Sequence record: PQ400055.1
Origin: a phage
Direction: 5' to 3' (one strand)
Length of the DNA stretch: 64,000 nucleotides
Shown here: positions 53,351 through 64,000 of the stretch, one piece after another
Position numbering within the stretch: position 1 is the stretch's first letter
Layout of the letters: every line of letters begins with the position of its first letter
Made by a program: the position numbers and the translations under genes
The notes under the pieces: generated by a model
Database searches by the model: none
Seen by the model: the letters and a program-made list of their open reading frames with translations, nothing else
Told to the model about the DNA's origin: nothing

Positions 53351-55150
53351 ATGCTAATGTTTAATAACTCCGTTAAATGGTTTACCGGAATTGTAGAAAA
53401 CAGGGAAGACCCATTAATGCTGGGGCGTGTTCAGGTTAGGATTCATGGTATACATCCCTCGCTATCCGCACACGGTGACATTCAAGGTCTTCCAACCGAA
53501 GATCTATTATGGATTACGCCAGTACAAGATATTACAAGCGCGGCGATCTCCGGTATAGGTCAAAGCCCTACTGGTATTGTTGAAGGTTCAATGGTATTTG
53601 GTTTGGCTTTAGATGAACGTTATTTAAACTGCGTTATTCTGGGTACTATTGCCGGACAATATACAGAGAAACCACTCACTACAGAGGGTTTTTGTGACCC
53701 TTCTGGTGCATATCCTCGTTATATTGGTAATGATGTTAATATTCTTGCTCGTGGCGGTATTAACCCAGAAACCGGACAAACAACAAAACCTGATAGTGTC
53801 TATATTAGAGATGAAAACACTGGAGTTGCAGTAAATCCAGACGACGAGCCATTAGACCAAATTCCGGTTGATGATAATCCTGATTTTACAATAGAAAAAA
53901 TGCTGCGGGGCGATGAGGGATATCGCGAGAAATGGTATCTTGATTCAGAAGGATATCCGACAATAGGCATCGGGCATTTGATCATTTATAAGAAAACCAG
54001 TGATCTTGGTATTATCAATAATGAACTTTCTAAGCTGGTAGGGCGTGAAGTTACAAACGGAAGACTTACCGCCGAAGAAGTTAGTAAAGTATTTGCCGAC
54101 GATATAGAAAAGACTCGTCGTGATATGCGCAAACATCCACGAATTGCACCTGTCTATAATAAATGTAATGCCTCACGTCGTATGGCATTAGAAAATATGG
54201 CGTTTCAAATGGGTGTTGGAGGATTGGGTAAATTTAAGAATAGTCTTGCTGCGATGTTAGCGGAAGAATGGAAACAAGCCTATGATGGATTACGTCAATC
54301 GGTATGGGCTAACCAAACTCCAGGACGCTCCAGCCGTGTTTCTAAAATTATTTTAACTGGTAACTTAGAATCATATGGCGTAATTGCTCCAAAGAAAGAG
54401 GAATCAATTTCGGATGATCCGCGAGCACGTTTGAGAAATGCCCGTATTGCTGCCTATAAGACGCAGAGAGCAGAAGAAGACCCAGAAGCACCGTTTACCC
54501 CACAAGACACACGAATCATGTTTAAAGAGCCTAAGAGTTCGTATTCTGCAAGGTATCCATATAACCATGTGTACGAGTCAGAGAGCGGTCATATTATCGA
54601 GATTGATGATACTCCTTCTCATGAGCGATATCATCGTAAACATCCTTCTGGTACATTTGAAGAAACCAGACCGGACGGAACGAGGGTAGAAAAGATTGAA
54701 GGTGATGATTATCTGATCGTTAAACAAGGCCGGAAAGTAAACGTCAAGGGTAATTTGCAAGTTGTTGTTGAAGGTGACGCGCAAGTTTATTATATGGGTA
54801 ATGTGATGCAAACCGTTGATGGTAACGTCACTGAATTTATTCGTGGCAATGTTAATCAGACCGTTGAAGGTGCTGCTAACATGCATGTTGTTGGTGATGT
54901 TATCGCACAGCTTGACGCTAATTTGACGGCTAACGTCAAGGGTAATGCTGAATTAATGATCGATGGTAACACTACCGAAACAATTAAAGGTAACTATGAT
55001 TTAACCGTTGAGGGTAATTTTAATATGACAGTCAATGGCACTAAATCAGATCAGGTTAATGGTGACTGGTCCCGTAATTGTGGTGCAAGCGTTAAAGATA
55101 TTGCATCTGGTACAGTTAAAATTGATGGTAGCCGTATTGATCTTGGGTGA
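53351..55150 (+). CDS. 5: baseplate hub subunit and tail lysozyme gp5
   Basis: 599 aa; N-terminal OB domain, lysozyme domain (DSEGYPTIGIGHLI), C-terminal beta-helix repeats (VKGN..VVVEGD). Confidence 0.93.
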   Translation: MLMFNNSVKWFTGIVENREDPLMLGRVQVRIHGIHPSLSAHGDIQGLPTEDLLWITPVQDITSAAISGIGQSPTGIVEGSMVFGLALDERYLNCVILGTIAGQYTEKPLTTEGFCDPSGAYPRYIGNDVNILARGGINPETGQTTKPDSVYIRDENTGVAVNPDDEPLDQIPVDDNPDFTIEKMLRGDEGYREKWYLDSEGYPTIGIGHLIIYKKTSDLGIINNELSKLVGREVTNGRLTAEEVSKVFADDIEKTRRDMRKHPRIAPVYNKCNASRRMALENMAFQMGVGGLGKFKNSLAAMLAEEWKQAYDGLRQSVWANQTPGRSSRVSKIILTGNLESYGVIAPKKEESISDDPRARLRNARIAAYKTQRAEEDPEAPFTPQDTRIMFKEPKSSYSARYPYNHVYESESGHIIEIDDTPSHERYHRKHPSGTFEETRPDGTRVEKIEGDDYLIVKQGRKVNVKGNLQVVVEGDAQVYYMGNVMQTVDGNVTEFIRGNVNQTVEGAANMHVVGDVIAQLDANLTANVKGNAELMIDGNTTETIKGNYDLTVEGNFNMTVNGTKSDQVNGDWSRNCGASVKDIASGTVKIDGSRIDLG

Positions 55151-55158
55151 GGTAACTA

Positions 55159-55725
55159 ATGGTTGAAATTCTTCCGATGAGTTCAAAATTGGAGGATATC
55201 AGCGAGCGAGAAATCTTTGAGGTGGTGTTCTCTTATAAAGCAACGCCACCGGATGCAAATACCACATACACGATTAAAGAGTTTAAGATCAGCGAGTATC
55301 GCCCTAATAAGGGCGTTACCGTTGAAGAAACTAAAATATCTGGTGAGTATCGGGATAGTTTTTCGCTTGGCGCGGATTCTCTTAAATATATAACGAAAGA
55401 TAGAATTAAAAAATCTGCCGGAAGTTTTGATGATTTACCAGATCCAACTACCGCAGATCTATATTATTTTAACGCTCCTACACGTCTACAGGAGGTTTAT
55501 ACTTATAAAGTAACCCTAACCTATATCCAATCTGTTTCAGAGTCTTCTGGCGGTTCTGGTGAAGGAAATAGTGGTGGTTCCAATAGCCGAGAGGGTGCTG
55601 GTGAAACTAATCCGCCTCCGGTAGTAACAGAACACACAATAGAGAAAGTTTATACTCAAACCGTTTTTGGAAATTGGGATGTGTGGAGTAAACAGTTAAG
55701 AGATTATGTACATAGGGGTGTTTAA
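55159..55725 (+). CDS. gp5.1-like baseplate-associated protein
   Basis: 188 aa ORF between 5 and the PAAR gene; Gly/Ser-rich linker. Confidence 0.5.
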   Translation: MVEILPMSSKLEDISEREIFEVVFSYKATPPDANTTYTIKEFKISEYRPNKGVTVEETKISGEYRDSFSLGADSLKYITKDRIKKSAGSFDDLPDPTTADLYYFNAPTRLQEVYTYKVTLTYIQSVSESSGGSGEGNSGGSNSREGAGETNPPPVVTEHTIEKVYTQTVFGNWDVWSKQLRDYVHRGV

Positions 55726-56018
55726 TGGCTGGATTATCCTACGATAAAGCTAAAACTACAGGGCACGGAAACTACCCACCTACGGTAATTAATGCAACTC
55801 AATCTAAGGTATTTGTTGAGGGTATCCCTGTATTAGTCGAAGGAGACCCAATTACACCACATACAAAAACAACAAAGCCTTATGATACACACGGGGGAAC
55901 TACGGTCGCCAGTACCCCGAAAGTATTTGTTACCGGAAAGAAAGCAATTCAAATGGCAGATCGTATTAGCTGTGGCGATACCGTCGCTATGGCATCACCG
56001 AAGGTATTCATAAAATGA
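55725..56018 (+). CDS. 5.4: PAAR-repeat spike tip protein gp5.4
   Basis: 97 aa; size and sequence pattern (GHGNYPPT...EGDPITPH...CGD) fit the T4 gp5.4 PAAR protein. Confidence 0.8.
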   Translation: MAGLSYDKAKTTGHGNYPPTVINATQSKVFVEGIPVLVEGDPITPHTKTTKPYDTHGGTTVASTPKVFVTGKKAIQMADRISCGDTVAMASPKVFIK

Positions 56019-57919
56019 CAAAGCAAAAGATTACACAAATTCCTGATATTTTTAATGCTGCTACGTTTGATGAAATTAAAAGCGCATTAACAGACTGGAT
56101 GAGAAACCAGGAAGAATTTAAAGATTTTGATTTTAATGGTGCTGGTATTAACGTATTGATGGACTTGCTCGCATATAATACCCTTTATATTCAGCAATTC
56201 GCTAACGCCGCGCTATATGAATCTTTTATCAGAACGGCAATTAAGCGTAGTTCAGTTGTTCAAGCCGCGCAAGATTTAGGATATTTGCCAGCAAGTAAAA
56301 CTAGTGCATCGACTACAATTATGTTGCACGTAACACATCCGCGAAATCCGGCAAGTATTCGAATCCCACGAGGAACTAAATTTATTGCAAGTGTGGATCG
56401 CCAGACGTCTTATCCGTTTGTGACTACAGAAGACGTTGTGAGTGTTTTAGGTTCAAATGGTTTATATACGCCTATGCTTAAAGTCGCACAAGGTCGTATT
56501 GTTCGTACAGAAATGTTATTTGATCCGAAGAAACAAATTCTGATCCGCGATCCTGATATTGACCGCGCTCAGGTTAAGTTGTGGGTAGATGGTGCTGAAT
56601 GGAAAGACTGGACGCGAGAAAGTATTGTTAATGCAACTGGCGCTAGTAATATTTTCTATATGCGTGAAACCGTAGACGGACATACTGAAATTTTCTTTGG
56701 TGAGGGTGAATCAACTTTATCTGCCGCTGGCGGTGCACTGGAAGCAAATTATATTGGTGGACTTAAGCCGTCAACTGGTGCTAATATTGTTATCGAATAT
56801 ATCAGCACTAAAGGCGCGGAAGCAAACGGTTCAGTTAATTTCACATACGCGGATACATTGGCATCAATTTCTATTGTTAAAATTATTGAGAATCCGACAA
56901 ATGATCGTGATTATGTCGGTGCAGATGGTGGTGGTGATCCTGAATCAATCGAACGTATCCGTGAACTTGCTCCGGTAATGCGTGAATCTCAGCGTCGTTG
57001 TGTGACTGCTTCCGACTATGAGGCTTTTGTGTCTAGCCGTTTTGGTAGTATTGTTCAGGCGGTACAATGTTTCACCGACCGAGAAAAACCGGGTTATGCT
57101 TTTGTTGCTGTTAAGCCTAAATCTGGCTTGCGCTTGACAACCGTTCAAAAAGAAGATATGCGGGATTATCTGGCAAAATATAACCTTGCCCCTATCACGC
57201 CGAGCATCATTGACCCTAACTATCTGTATATTAAACAGAATATTAAAGTTTCCTATTCAATCAACGACTTGTCAGAATCAGAGCAGTGGTTGCGCGGTGC
57301 GGTTATTGATCAGATTGATGCATATTATACCGACGAAGTGGAAATTTTTAACCAGACATTTAGTAAGTCTAAAATGCTTGCTCGTATTGACAAAGCTGAT
57401 GTATCTGTGATAGGTTCTAGTGCAGAAATCGAGATGGTGCGAGAGATCGACAACTTCTATAAAGCACCGATGGCGGGAATCAAGTTTTTAAACCAGTATA
57501 AGAGCGGAATCAAGTCTAGTTCATTCAACTTCGAAAAGGACGACAAGCAATATCCGATCCATTATGTAAGTACAGAAATGAACAAAGAATCCGGTTTAGC
57601 TAAATTGCTGGTTGGACCTTTCCCTGTTGATTCTACAATCGCTTTACCGCACTATTCCGGCACTGATTTTGATAAAGAGGTTATTGACGGTGCGGACCTA
57701 TACTTTGAGGTTGGAGAGGTTCAGCATTATGACGACCTTATTTCATGGGATCTGGGTAAACTGAATATCAATAGCGATCGCTTTACTGGTTCATATATTG
57801 AGTTGACAGCTAAACCGATTGCTGATAACATCTTTACTAAAGACGGTTCTTTGATCGTGTTTGAAAACGATCTCCGTCCTCAGTACACAACTATTAGTCT
57901 GGAGGCAATTGCTCAATGA
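56015..57919 (+). CDS. 6: baseplate wedge subunit gp6
   Basis: 634 aa ORF, synteny and size. Confidence 0.85.
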   Translation: MTKQKITQIPDIFNAATFDEIKSALTDWMRNQEEFKDFDFNGAGINVLMDLLAYNTLYIQQFANAALYESFIRTAIKRSSVVQAAQDLGYLPASKTSASTTIMLHVTHPRNPASIRIPRGTKFIASVDRQTSYPFVTTEDVVSVLGSNGLYTPMLKVAQGRIVRTEMLFDPKKQILIRDPDIDRAQVKLWVDGAEWKDWTRESIVNATGASNIFYMRETVDGHTEIFFGEGESTLSAAGGALEANYIGGLKPSTGANIVIEYISTKGAEANGSVNFTYADTLASISIVKIIENPTNDRDYVGADGGGDPESIERIRELAPVMRESQRRCVTASDYEAFVSSRFGSIVQAVQCFTDREKPGYAFVAVKPKSGLRLTTVQKEDMRDYLAKYNLAPITPSIIDPNYLYIKQNIKVSYSINDLSESEQWLRGAVIDQIDAYYTDEVEIFNQTFSKSKMLARIDKADVSVIGSSAEIEMVREIDNFYKAPMAGIKFLNQYKSGIKSSSFNFEKDDKQYPIHYVSTEMNKESGLAKLLVGPFPVDSTIALPHYSGTDFDKEVIDGADLYFEVGEVQHYDDLISWDLGKLNINSDRFTGSYIELTAKPIADNIFTKDGSLIVFENDLRPQYTTISLEAIAQ

Positions 57920-60900
57920 TTAAAGCGCCTAGTGTAACTAGCTTGACAATAGAAAAATTGTCTGCTAATCAGGCGTATATCACATGGGATGACGTAGGCG
58001 AAAACTTCTTTTATTTTGTGGAGTTAGCCGAAACCAGAACACGAGACGGGGAGATCATCCCCGTCGATGAGTTAAGCTGGGTAAACCTGGGATATACTGC
58101 CGAACAAAACTGGTTTGAGGATAAAAACCTTTTTCCAGAATATTATTACAAGTTTCGTGTAGCAGTAGCCGCAGAAGGATTTGAACAAAGTAAATGGGTT
58201 GAGACAGAAGAGTTTCAGACATTTAAAACAAACGCATATAATTTTTCTATGATGCGAGAGTTCAACCTTGCAAACGAGTTTATAAAGGAAAAATTTACAT
58301 ACGATAATCGAGAGTATGTCAAGTTTAATACCGACCTTATTCAAGCATCATTGATGAAGGAAGATTTTGTCTTTAGTCCTGAATATGCAAACATGACAAA
58401 TATCTCAAACTACATTGTAGTTGATGAGAACTTTCATGAAATACAGGACCACATAGAAAAAGTTTGTACTGATATAAACCGCACTATGTTAGCGGAAATG
58501 AACGGTGTTTTGTACCTTTTCGAACGGTTCCAGCCGATCGTGAAAGTGTCAAATGATAAAGGTCAATCATGGAAAGCATACAAGGCTTTTAATGACCGTG
58601 TAGGTAATCCGGTTTCCCGTACATGCGTTTATCAGTCTAAAACCACTACTTACGTTTTAGGATATGACCGAATCTTTTACGGACGACAAGCGAGCGATAC
58701 TCGATGGAGCGCGGACGATGTTCGATTTAGTGATGATACGATCACTTTTGCAAAGGTCGGTGACGAAAACGATTTAGGCTTTGACGTTGAGGTCTTTGGT
58801 GTATTTTCCAGATTAACAGGTGATACCACAAAATACGCCGAAGCTATGGCGTGTAGTGATGACTATTTGTGGGTTGGTGCTAAAGATGTTATTCGCCGGA
58901 TTCGTCTTAAGAATACTCCTGTTGATACCGTACAGGGTTCGCCTACGTTTGGAGAAAAAATATTCGATCCTGATGTTATCCGAGTAACAGGAAATGATAA
59001 AGCTGTCATTCAGAAAATGGATGTGATCGACGGTAAATTGCTTGTATTTGTTACGGGTGAAGTTAAACAGCGTTATCAAGATCCAACTAAACCAGAAAAC
59101 GTTGTTCCGTCAGATGATGCGGGTGTATACTTAATAGGGAGTGATGGTCTGTCTTTTCAGAGAGTATTTGGCAACACTCCGCAGGAAAGGGAATATATTC
59201 AGCATGGGTTCAGTAATATGTCAACCAATGGTGATGAGGTGTTCATAAGCCATTATAATCATCACTTCGAAAGCATTTTACCTGATCCAGAAACTGCCGA
59301 GAAATATGAATTGGGCGAAGCTGTAAAATATTCTCAGGAGCCAACTTATCTAACTGATAAGAAAATACATCAAACTACTTTCAGAGCAAGTTATGATGAT
59401 TTGCGTATTTGGGAGTTAGGACCGCAAGCGTATTATAACGAGGCTGATTATACATGGATGCGTCGAAACGGTGTCCGTGTGTGGATCACAAATGATAATC
59501 GCCCGTTGGTTGTTTATCCAGAGGTTATCTATACTCAAGAAGTTGATACGTCTGGCATTCTTGACCAAAATAGGGTCAACCGAGAAGTTTATGATAAAGG
59601 GACCGTGACCTGTTATCTTAACAATGTTAAATTTGAAGGATTCAAACAATATGCATCCGGTGTAATGTTCCATAAAAACACAGGAGAGATCATAGGATTC
59701 TATCAATTTAATTATCGTGTTCGTGATCAGGTTGGTGTATATTGGAAACCTACAAATGTAGCATTTGTTGCTGAATTGCAAAATCAGGTTCGAGAGGTTC
59801 CCTGGGTTCCGGTTCACTACGATCGAGAGCAAGATCCAGATTTGCGGCCTTTACTGAATAAGATGACCCCTGATAGCTTTTTACTTGAGAACGAAAATTT
59901 CAGAAAATTCTCTGAATATTATCTGCAATTCTTAAGCGATGGTTCAGGAACATATTATAATAAACTAAAAAATCTGATTAAAAACAAATATCCACGCGAG
60001 AAAGATGCATATGAGTATCTTTGGTCAGAGATGAACAAACGAAACATCTATGCAGATAAAAACAAGCGAGATGCGGTAGTAAGATTCTTTGAATCCCGCA
60101 AATCAGATTTTTATTCCACTAAGGGCGTGGAGGCTTCTTATAAGTTCTTGTTTAAGTTACTTTATAATGAAGATGTGGAAATTGAGGTTGAATCACAAGC
60201 CGGACTAGAGTATGATATTGTTGTTAGTTCAACGAACATTGACGAGGATATCGTAGGTCGCACGATTTATACTCCAACCGGACGGGCTAACGTGACGTAT
60301 CTTGAAAGGGAATATGAAGGTGGTCGCCTACGCTGGCGAGTAACCATTCATAACCTGATCGGGCGGTTCGAAGAAGGTCAAGTGATCAAATCAGAGAAAA
60401 CAGCGTTTGAAGGGATGATCCTTGTTGGTGTACGTGGTAAAGAGTTGTTGAGTAGTTCAATCGACTATATCAACCGCTCACGAAGCCAATACACCATGAA
60501 GATTAAAAGTGCATTGCCAGTTTCGCGCTATGCAAATGATGTAATGCGATTCGTTCATCCTGTCGGCTTTGGGTTTATCGGTGTTACCCTGCTTACAATG
60601 TTCATTAACAGCGGGTTAAGCATGAAGCACACCGAGACTATAATTCAATCTCTGAAAAATTATAAGTTTGACAGCGGATTGCCTAGCGTGTATCCTGATC
60701 GGGTGGCAGACCTTGACGTTGACGGAAACATTAAGAAAGACCCGCTTACCGGAAAAGCATTATATTTGACTTCACCTTTAATTGGTGAAGAATTTCCGGT
60801 TCCTCCTGAATATGATCAGGAGAACAGCGAATTGTTCCACGGACTTAAAGCAAGCGAACGAAGATTTGCAATGAGTCCACTGTTTGACCAGTCGGCGGTA

Positions 60901-61002
60901 ACATTCTCTATGTTCCGTGAACTTGTAGATAAACGGTTGAAGGATAATATAGGGAATCCACGCGATCCGAAGAATCCGACACAGAGGAAAATTAATGGCT
61001 AA
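57916..61002 (+). CDS. 7: baseplate wedge initiator gp7
   Basis: 1028 aa ORF, synteny and size. Confidence 0.85.
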   Translation: MIKAPSVTSLTIEKLSANQAYITWDDVGENFFYFVELAETRTRDGEIIPVDELSWVNLGYTAEQNWFEDKNLFPEYYYKFRVAVAAEGFEQSKWVETEEFQTFKTNAYNFSMMREFNLANEFIKEKFTYDNREYVKFNTDLIQASLMKEDFVFSPEYANMTNISNYIVVDENFHEIQDHIEKVCTDINRTMLAEMNGVLYLFERFQPIVKVSNDKGQSWKAYKAFNDRVGNPVSRTCVYQSKTTTYVLGYDRIFYGRQASDTRWSADDVRFSDDTITFAKVGDENDLGFDVEVFGVFSRLTGDTTKYAEAMACSDDYLWVGAKDVIRRIRLKNTPVDTVQGSPTFGEKIFDPDVIRVTGNDKAVIQKMDVIDGKLLVFVTGEVKQRYQDPTKPENVVPSDDAGVYLIGSDGLSFQRVFGNTPQEREYIQHGFSNMSTNGDEVFISHYNHHFESILPDPETAEKYELGEAVKYSQEPTYLTDKKIHQTTFRASYDDLRIWELGPQAYYNEADYTWMRRNGVRVWITNDNRPLVVYPEVIYTQEVDTSGILDQNRVNREVYDKGTVTCYLNNVKFEGFKQYASGVMFHKNTGEIIGFYQFNYRVRDQVGVYWKPTNVAFVAELQNQVREVPWVPVHYDREQDPDLRPLLNKMTPDSFLLENENFRKFSEYYLQFLSDGSGTYYNKLKNLIKNKYPREKDAYEYLWSEMNKRNIYADKNKRDAVVRFFESRKSDFYSTKGVEASYKFLFKLLYNEDVEIEVESQAGLEYDIVVSSTNIDEDIVGRTIYTPTGRANVTYLEREYEGGRLRWRVTIHNLIGRFEEGQVIKSEKTAFEGMILVGVRGKELLSSSIDYINRSRSQYTMKIKSALPVSRYANDVMRFVHPVGFGFIGVTLLTMFINSGLSMKHTETIIQSLKNYKFDSGLPSVYPDRVADLDVDGNIKKDPLTGKALYLTSPLIGEEFPVPPEYDQENSELFHGLKASERRFAMSPLFDQSAVTFSMFRELVDKRLKDNIGNPRDPKNPTQRKING

Positions 61003-61990
61003 TGAAAATAGTGTGATCTATCGCTCAATCATTACTAGCAAATTCAGAACAGAAAAACTTCTGAACTTCTATAATTCTGTAGGCGATGGAGCAAATCAAA
61101 TTACAATTTATGGAACGTTTGGACGTTCGGAGCCGTGGTCAGAAAACGAAAAAGAGGTGGGCTTTGCCCCACCTTATCCGACCGATTCAACGGCTGGTGT
61201 TGTTGACATGTGGACCCATATGATGGGGGCGGTTAAGATTAACAAATCACTTCTTGATGCGGTTATCCCTCGTAAAGATTGGGGTGATACCGGACAGGAT
61301 AACCCGCGCACGTTCTTTATCAATGACATTGTTGTCGTAAACTCAGCACCATATAACCGTACAGATGTTGGTAGCGGCTGGATGGTTTACCGTGTAACCG
61401 ATGTTCCTGATCGCGGTTACTGCTCTATTTCAAGCATTGACGCTAAAGTAGAGTGTTTGAAGCTGGGCGGAAAGTGGACACCTACCCATGAATCAATTGC
61501 GCCACCTGTAGGAAAGGGCGATTCTATTGATATGGGTGATGGATATCGTTGGGAATATCTGTACACAATTCCACCTGATGCGGCGATCAACCGTTGCACC
61601 AATGAACATATTGTTGTACCGTTCCCCGATGAACTGCGACAAGATCCGGCGCGTTGGGGCTATGACAATGTGATCACCTGGTATAATGACTATAATCTGC
61701 TTTATCGGCTGAAAGTAGTAACTTTGCGTTTTCAGGCTTATATGGACTCTGCGCAATTCCCAACTACCGCGTTAGTGGGTAATACTGGTTTCCGTCAGTT
61801 AAGCATTATCCTTAACCCATTGGAAAAGAAAGCACGCCCTAGCGATCCAGACGTTAAAGCGGTTGAAGATAAGTACCGACCGCAAGACTTAGAGCCACAC
61901 TCAGGCGAAATGATCTACATGGAAAACCGACAACCTATCGTTCGGTCATTAGATCAAACAGAACTTGTTTCTGTATTGTTTGAGTTCTAA
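60995..61990 (+). CDS. 8: baseplate wedge subunit gp8
   Basis: 331 aa ORF, synteny and size. Confidence 0.8.
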   Translation: MANENSVIYRSIITSKFRTEKLLNFYNSVGDGANQITIYGTFGRSEPWSENEKEVGFAPPYPTDSTAGVVDMWTHMMGAVKINKSLLDAVIPRKDWGDTGQDNPRTFFINDIVVVNSAPYNRTDVGSGWMVYRVTDVPDRGYCSISSIDAKVECLKLGGKWTPTHESIAPPVGKGDSIDMGDGYRWEYLYTIPPDAAINRCTNEHIVVPFPDELRQDPARWGYDNVITWYNDYNLLYRLKVVTLRFQAYMDSAQFPTTALVGNTGFRQLSIILNPLEKKARPSDPDVKAVEDKYRPQDLEPHSGEMIYMENRQPIVRSLDQTELVSVLFEF

Positions 61991-62004
61991 GTGTATGATT
62001 TAAA

Positions 62005-62038
62005 AGCCAATTCGAGAGAGTTGGCTTTTTCTGTTTTT
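62005..62038 (+). terminator. rho-independent terminator after gene 8
   Basis: AGCCAA-ttcgagagag-TTGGCT hairpin then TTTTTCTGTTTTT. Confidence 0.6.
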
Positions 62039-62042
62039 GGTG

Positions 62043-62070
62043 TTGACAATCTTGTCTGGTAAGGTATAAT
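62043..62070 (+). promoter_or_regulatory. sigma70-type promoter (TTGACA-16-TATAAT) on the plus strand
   Basis: Exact hexamers; leader GCTCACATCTAAACAACGGAGGA resembles the minus-strand early leaders. Confidence 0.55.
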
Positions 62071-62099
62071 GCTCACATCTAAACAACGGAGGATAAATT

Positions 62100-62357
62100 A
62101 TGGCACGTCGTAAATTTACAGATAATTGTGAAGCAATTCAGGTATCCCCTTGCGGTTGGGATGTGATCGCGAACGGTGAAAAGATCGGAGAGATCATCGA
62201 TCATACTCATTCATCACTAGCCGATTACACCGATGAACTATGGGAGGGTATCAACTTCATGAATGACACTAAACGATTCAAGACTATCGACGAAGCTATC
62301 TATTTTGTGTATAATCCAACTTTCGGTATGTGGGGAACTAGAAAATGGCACGCGTAA
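62100..62357 (+). CDS. hypothetical protein (cassette gene 1)
   Basis: 85 aa; ATG with GGAGGA Shine-Dalgarno; first ORF after the promoter. Confidence 0.5.
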   Translation: MARRKFTDNCEAIQVSPCGWDVIANGEKIGEIIDHTHSSLADYTDELWEGINFMNDTKRFKTIDEAIYFVYNPTFGMWGTRKWHA

Positions 62358-62677
62358 ACATTAAACTACACTACACAATGGGTAAAGCTAAGTTCCCAAT
62401 GCAAAAGCATTACTATGGTCTACGTGCACAAGATCCAAAACTCTATGGTACTCATTGGTTTTGTAAACATGATAACCAATGGCACACATACGAAGAAATG
62501 CACGAGATGATGAAACAGGGTATTGAATTGAGTTATTCTAATTATGACCATCGTATAACTTGCATTCGAAAATTGAAACGATGGATTCGTAAGAATCCGC
62601 AATTTAAAAACTTTGTGTTCTTTATGTCTCATGTTTATTTGGGACATAGCGTTACCGTCACAGCAAAGGTTAAATAA
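62345..62677 (+). CDS. hypothetical His/Cys-rich protein (cassette gene 2)
   Basis: 110 aa; overlaps gene 1 by 13 nt; HWFCKHDNQWH...H..M. Confidence 0.5.
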   Translation: MARVNIKLHYTMGKAKFPMQKHYYGLRAQDPKLYGTHWFCKHDNQWHTYEEMHEMMKQGIELSYSNYDHRITCIRKLKRWIRKNPQFKNFVFFMSHVYLGHSVTVTAKVK

Positions 62678-63516
62678 TGGCACGACTTTCTAAACAAGAA
62701 CAAAAATTACACGATCGGGTGATGGAGTTGATTAATTCAGATCGCCCATTGACATATGAAGAAAAAGAATTTTGCTATAATAACTATCATGGCGATGGTC
62801 TAGGCGGTTCAGGTGCATTCTTTACCCCAGAAGGGCTTGCATGGGATTTTACCATCGATGCACATTGCACAGGAAAAGTATTAGATCTTTGTGCTGGGAT
62901 CGGTCTCTTATCTTTTTGTATGTTACATCGTTGTAAGCCAGAAAAGATCGTATGCGTCGAACTCAATCCAGAATTTGCGCGGATTGGCAAGCGACTATTA
63001 CCGGAGGCAGAATGGATCACCAGCGATGTATTCGAATTTGAGTCAAACGAAAAATTCGATGTGGTGATCAGCAATCCACCTTTCGGGAAAATCAATACAA
63101 CCAACACAAAGGATGTATTTGAGTACACTGGCGGCGAATTTGAATTTAAGGTTATGACATTAGGCCAGAAGTTTGCCGATGTTGGCTATTTTATTGTTCC
63201 TGTGGGTTCCGCTGGTTTTGCTTATTCCGGCAGACCTTATTATGACGGGACCATGAAGTCTAATAAATATCTAAAATGGAGCAAACAAACTGGTTTGGTG
63301 ACTTATGCCGGATGTGGGATCGATACATCAATCTATCGCGATGAATGGCACAGTACCAACGTTTTAACAGAAGTGGTTGAGGTTCGGTATTACGAGAAAG
63401 AAGCCGTAGAAGCGCCTAAATCACGCCCTAACGAACAAATAGAAGAAAGTAAGGAGATTACCTTACCGAAACAGGAAAGCGAGTCTGGGACGCTCTCAGA
63501 TTTGTTTGACATTTAA
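62677..63516 (+). CDS. N6-adenine DNA methyltransferase, gamma-class (HsdM/M.TaqI-like), orphan
   Basis: 279 aa; FFTPEGLAWDF, motif I VLDLCAGIGLLS, motif IV DVVISNPPFG; start overlaps the gene 2 stop (TAATG). Confidence 0.7.
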   Translation: MARLSKQEQKLHDRVMELINSDRPLTYEEKEFCYNNYHGDGLGGSGAFFTPEGLAWDFTIDAHCTGKVLDLCAGIGLLSFCMLHRCKPEKIVCVELNPEFARIGKRLLPEAEWITSDVFEFESNEKFDVVISNPPFGKINTTNTKDVFEYTGGEFEFKVMTLGQKFADVGYFIVPVGSAGFAYSGRPYYDGTMKSNKYLKWSKQTGLVTYAGCGIDTSIYRDEWHSTNVLTEVVEVRYYEKEAVEAPKSRPNEQIEESKEITLPKQESESGTLSDLFDI

Positions 63517-63520
63517 TTAT

Positions 63521-63547
63521 AAGCCGTCCTCGTGGGCGGCTTTTTTG
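63521..63547 (+). terminator. rho-independent terminator after the methyltransferase
   Basis: GCCGTCC-tcgt-GGGCGGC hairpin followed by TTTTTTGT. Confidence 0.6.
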
Positions 63548-63556
63548 TATGTATTT

Positions 63557-63564
63557 TATAAATA
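63557..63564 (+). promoter_or_regulatory. T4-type late promoter TATAAATA upstream of gene 9
   Basis: Exact TATAAATA about 28 nt upstream of the gene 9 ATG. Confidence 0.5.
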
Positions 63565-63591
63565 ATACATCATAACATGAGGAATTAAACA

Positions 63592-64000
63592 ATGGCACAA
63601 GTTCCAAAGAAAAGAATAGACACAGGTACTGTCGGCAATCCATCGACTGGCGATATCTTATATGATGGCGGTAATAAAATTAACGATAACTTTGATTCAA
63701 TATATGACGCATTTGCTGATCAGCGGTTTAAAGACGTAGACCACGGCGTGGGAAGAATGGTTATTCATGCAACCGGATACTATCAGAAGCATCCACGTCA
63801 AAGCTACGCTGGTTCTGCTGTTGAGATTGGGAGTCTACACGATATCGATACAACTCAAGGCGCACTTATTGCTATTCTACCTAAAGCAAAGGTCGGTGAG
63901 GGTGTTGTATTCATAAATAGTAACGGTAGCCTTTCAACGACGACACCGCTCAATATTCGAACTCAAGCAGGTGATTCTATTAGCGGTTATTCCGGTGATG
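63592..64000 (+). CDS. 9: baseplate wedge tail fibre connector gp9 (5' part; continues beyond window)
   Basis: Open frame from ATG near 63592 to the window end; MAQVPKKRIDTGTVGNPSTGDILYDGGNKIN... closely matches the T4 gp9 N-terminus. Confidence 0.85.
   Translation, partial: MAQVPKKRIDTGTVGNPSTGDILYDGGNKINDNFDSIYDAFADQRFKDVDHGVGRMVIHATGYYQKHPRQSYAGSAVEIGSLHDIDTTQGALIAILPKAKVGEGVVFINSNGSLSTTTPLNIRTQAGDSISGYSGD

Noticed and set aside
53649-63643. Minus-strand and alternative-frame ORFs within the late baseplate genes and the methyltransferase (for example 53800..53985, 54578..54886, 58072..58344, 59416..59832, 61417..61756, 62420..62683, 62787..63128, 63458..63643)
   Set aside because: They are embedded in long plus-strand structural genes; frame shadows.

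Overview
This window is a segment of a T4-like (T-even type) myovirus genome. Positions 1 to about 52.7 kb carry early and middle genes on the minus strand in T4-like order: 41 helicase (partial), uvsX, DNA polymerase 43, regA, clamp loader 62/44, clamp 45, 46, 47, sigma factor 55, nrdH-like glutaredoxin, nrdG, nrdD, endonuclease VII, nrdC, dam, tk, regB, an M15 endolysin, a 57B/Acb1-like phosphoesterase, 57A, 1, 3, 2 and 4. Between them sit many small lineage-specific ORFs, most preceded by a repeated sigma70-type promoter and leader, with rho-independent terminators. From 52.8 kb the plus strand carries late baseplate genes (53, 5, 5.1-like, PAAR 5.4, 6, 7, 8, 9 partial) with TATAAATA late promoters. 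The strongest candidates for something new are a self-contained three-gene cassette with an N6-adenine methyltransferase inserted between genes 8 and 9, an eight-member paralog family of unknown function, an orphan helicase-like ATPase next to gene 55, and a nucleotidyltransferase-fold protein beside a host-like GrcA gene. No rRNA, tRNA or CRISPR array was recognised. All calls come from reading the sequence and the ORF track against remembered T4 protein families; no database search was run. Start codons were refined only by choosing in-frame internal ATG codons, and regulatory-site coordinates are approximate to a few bases.
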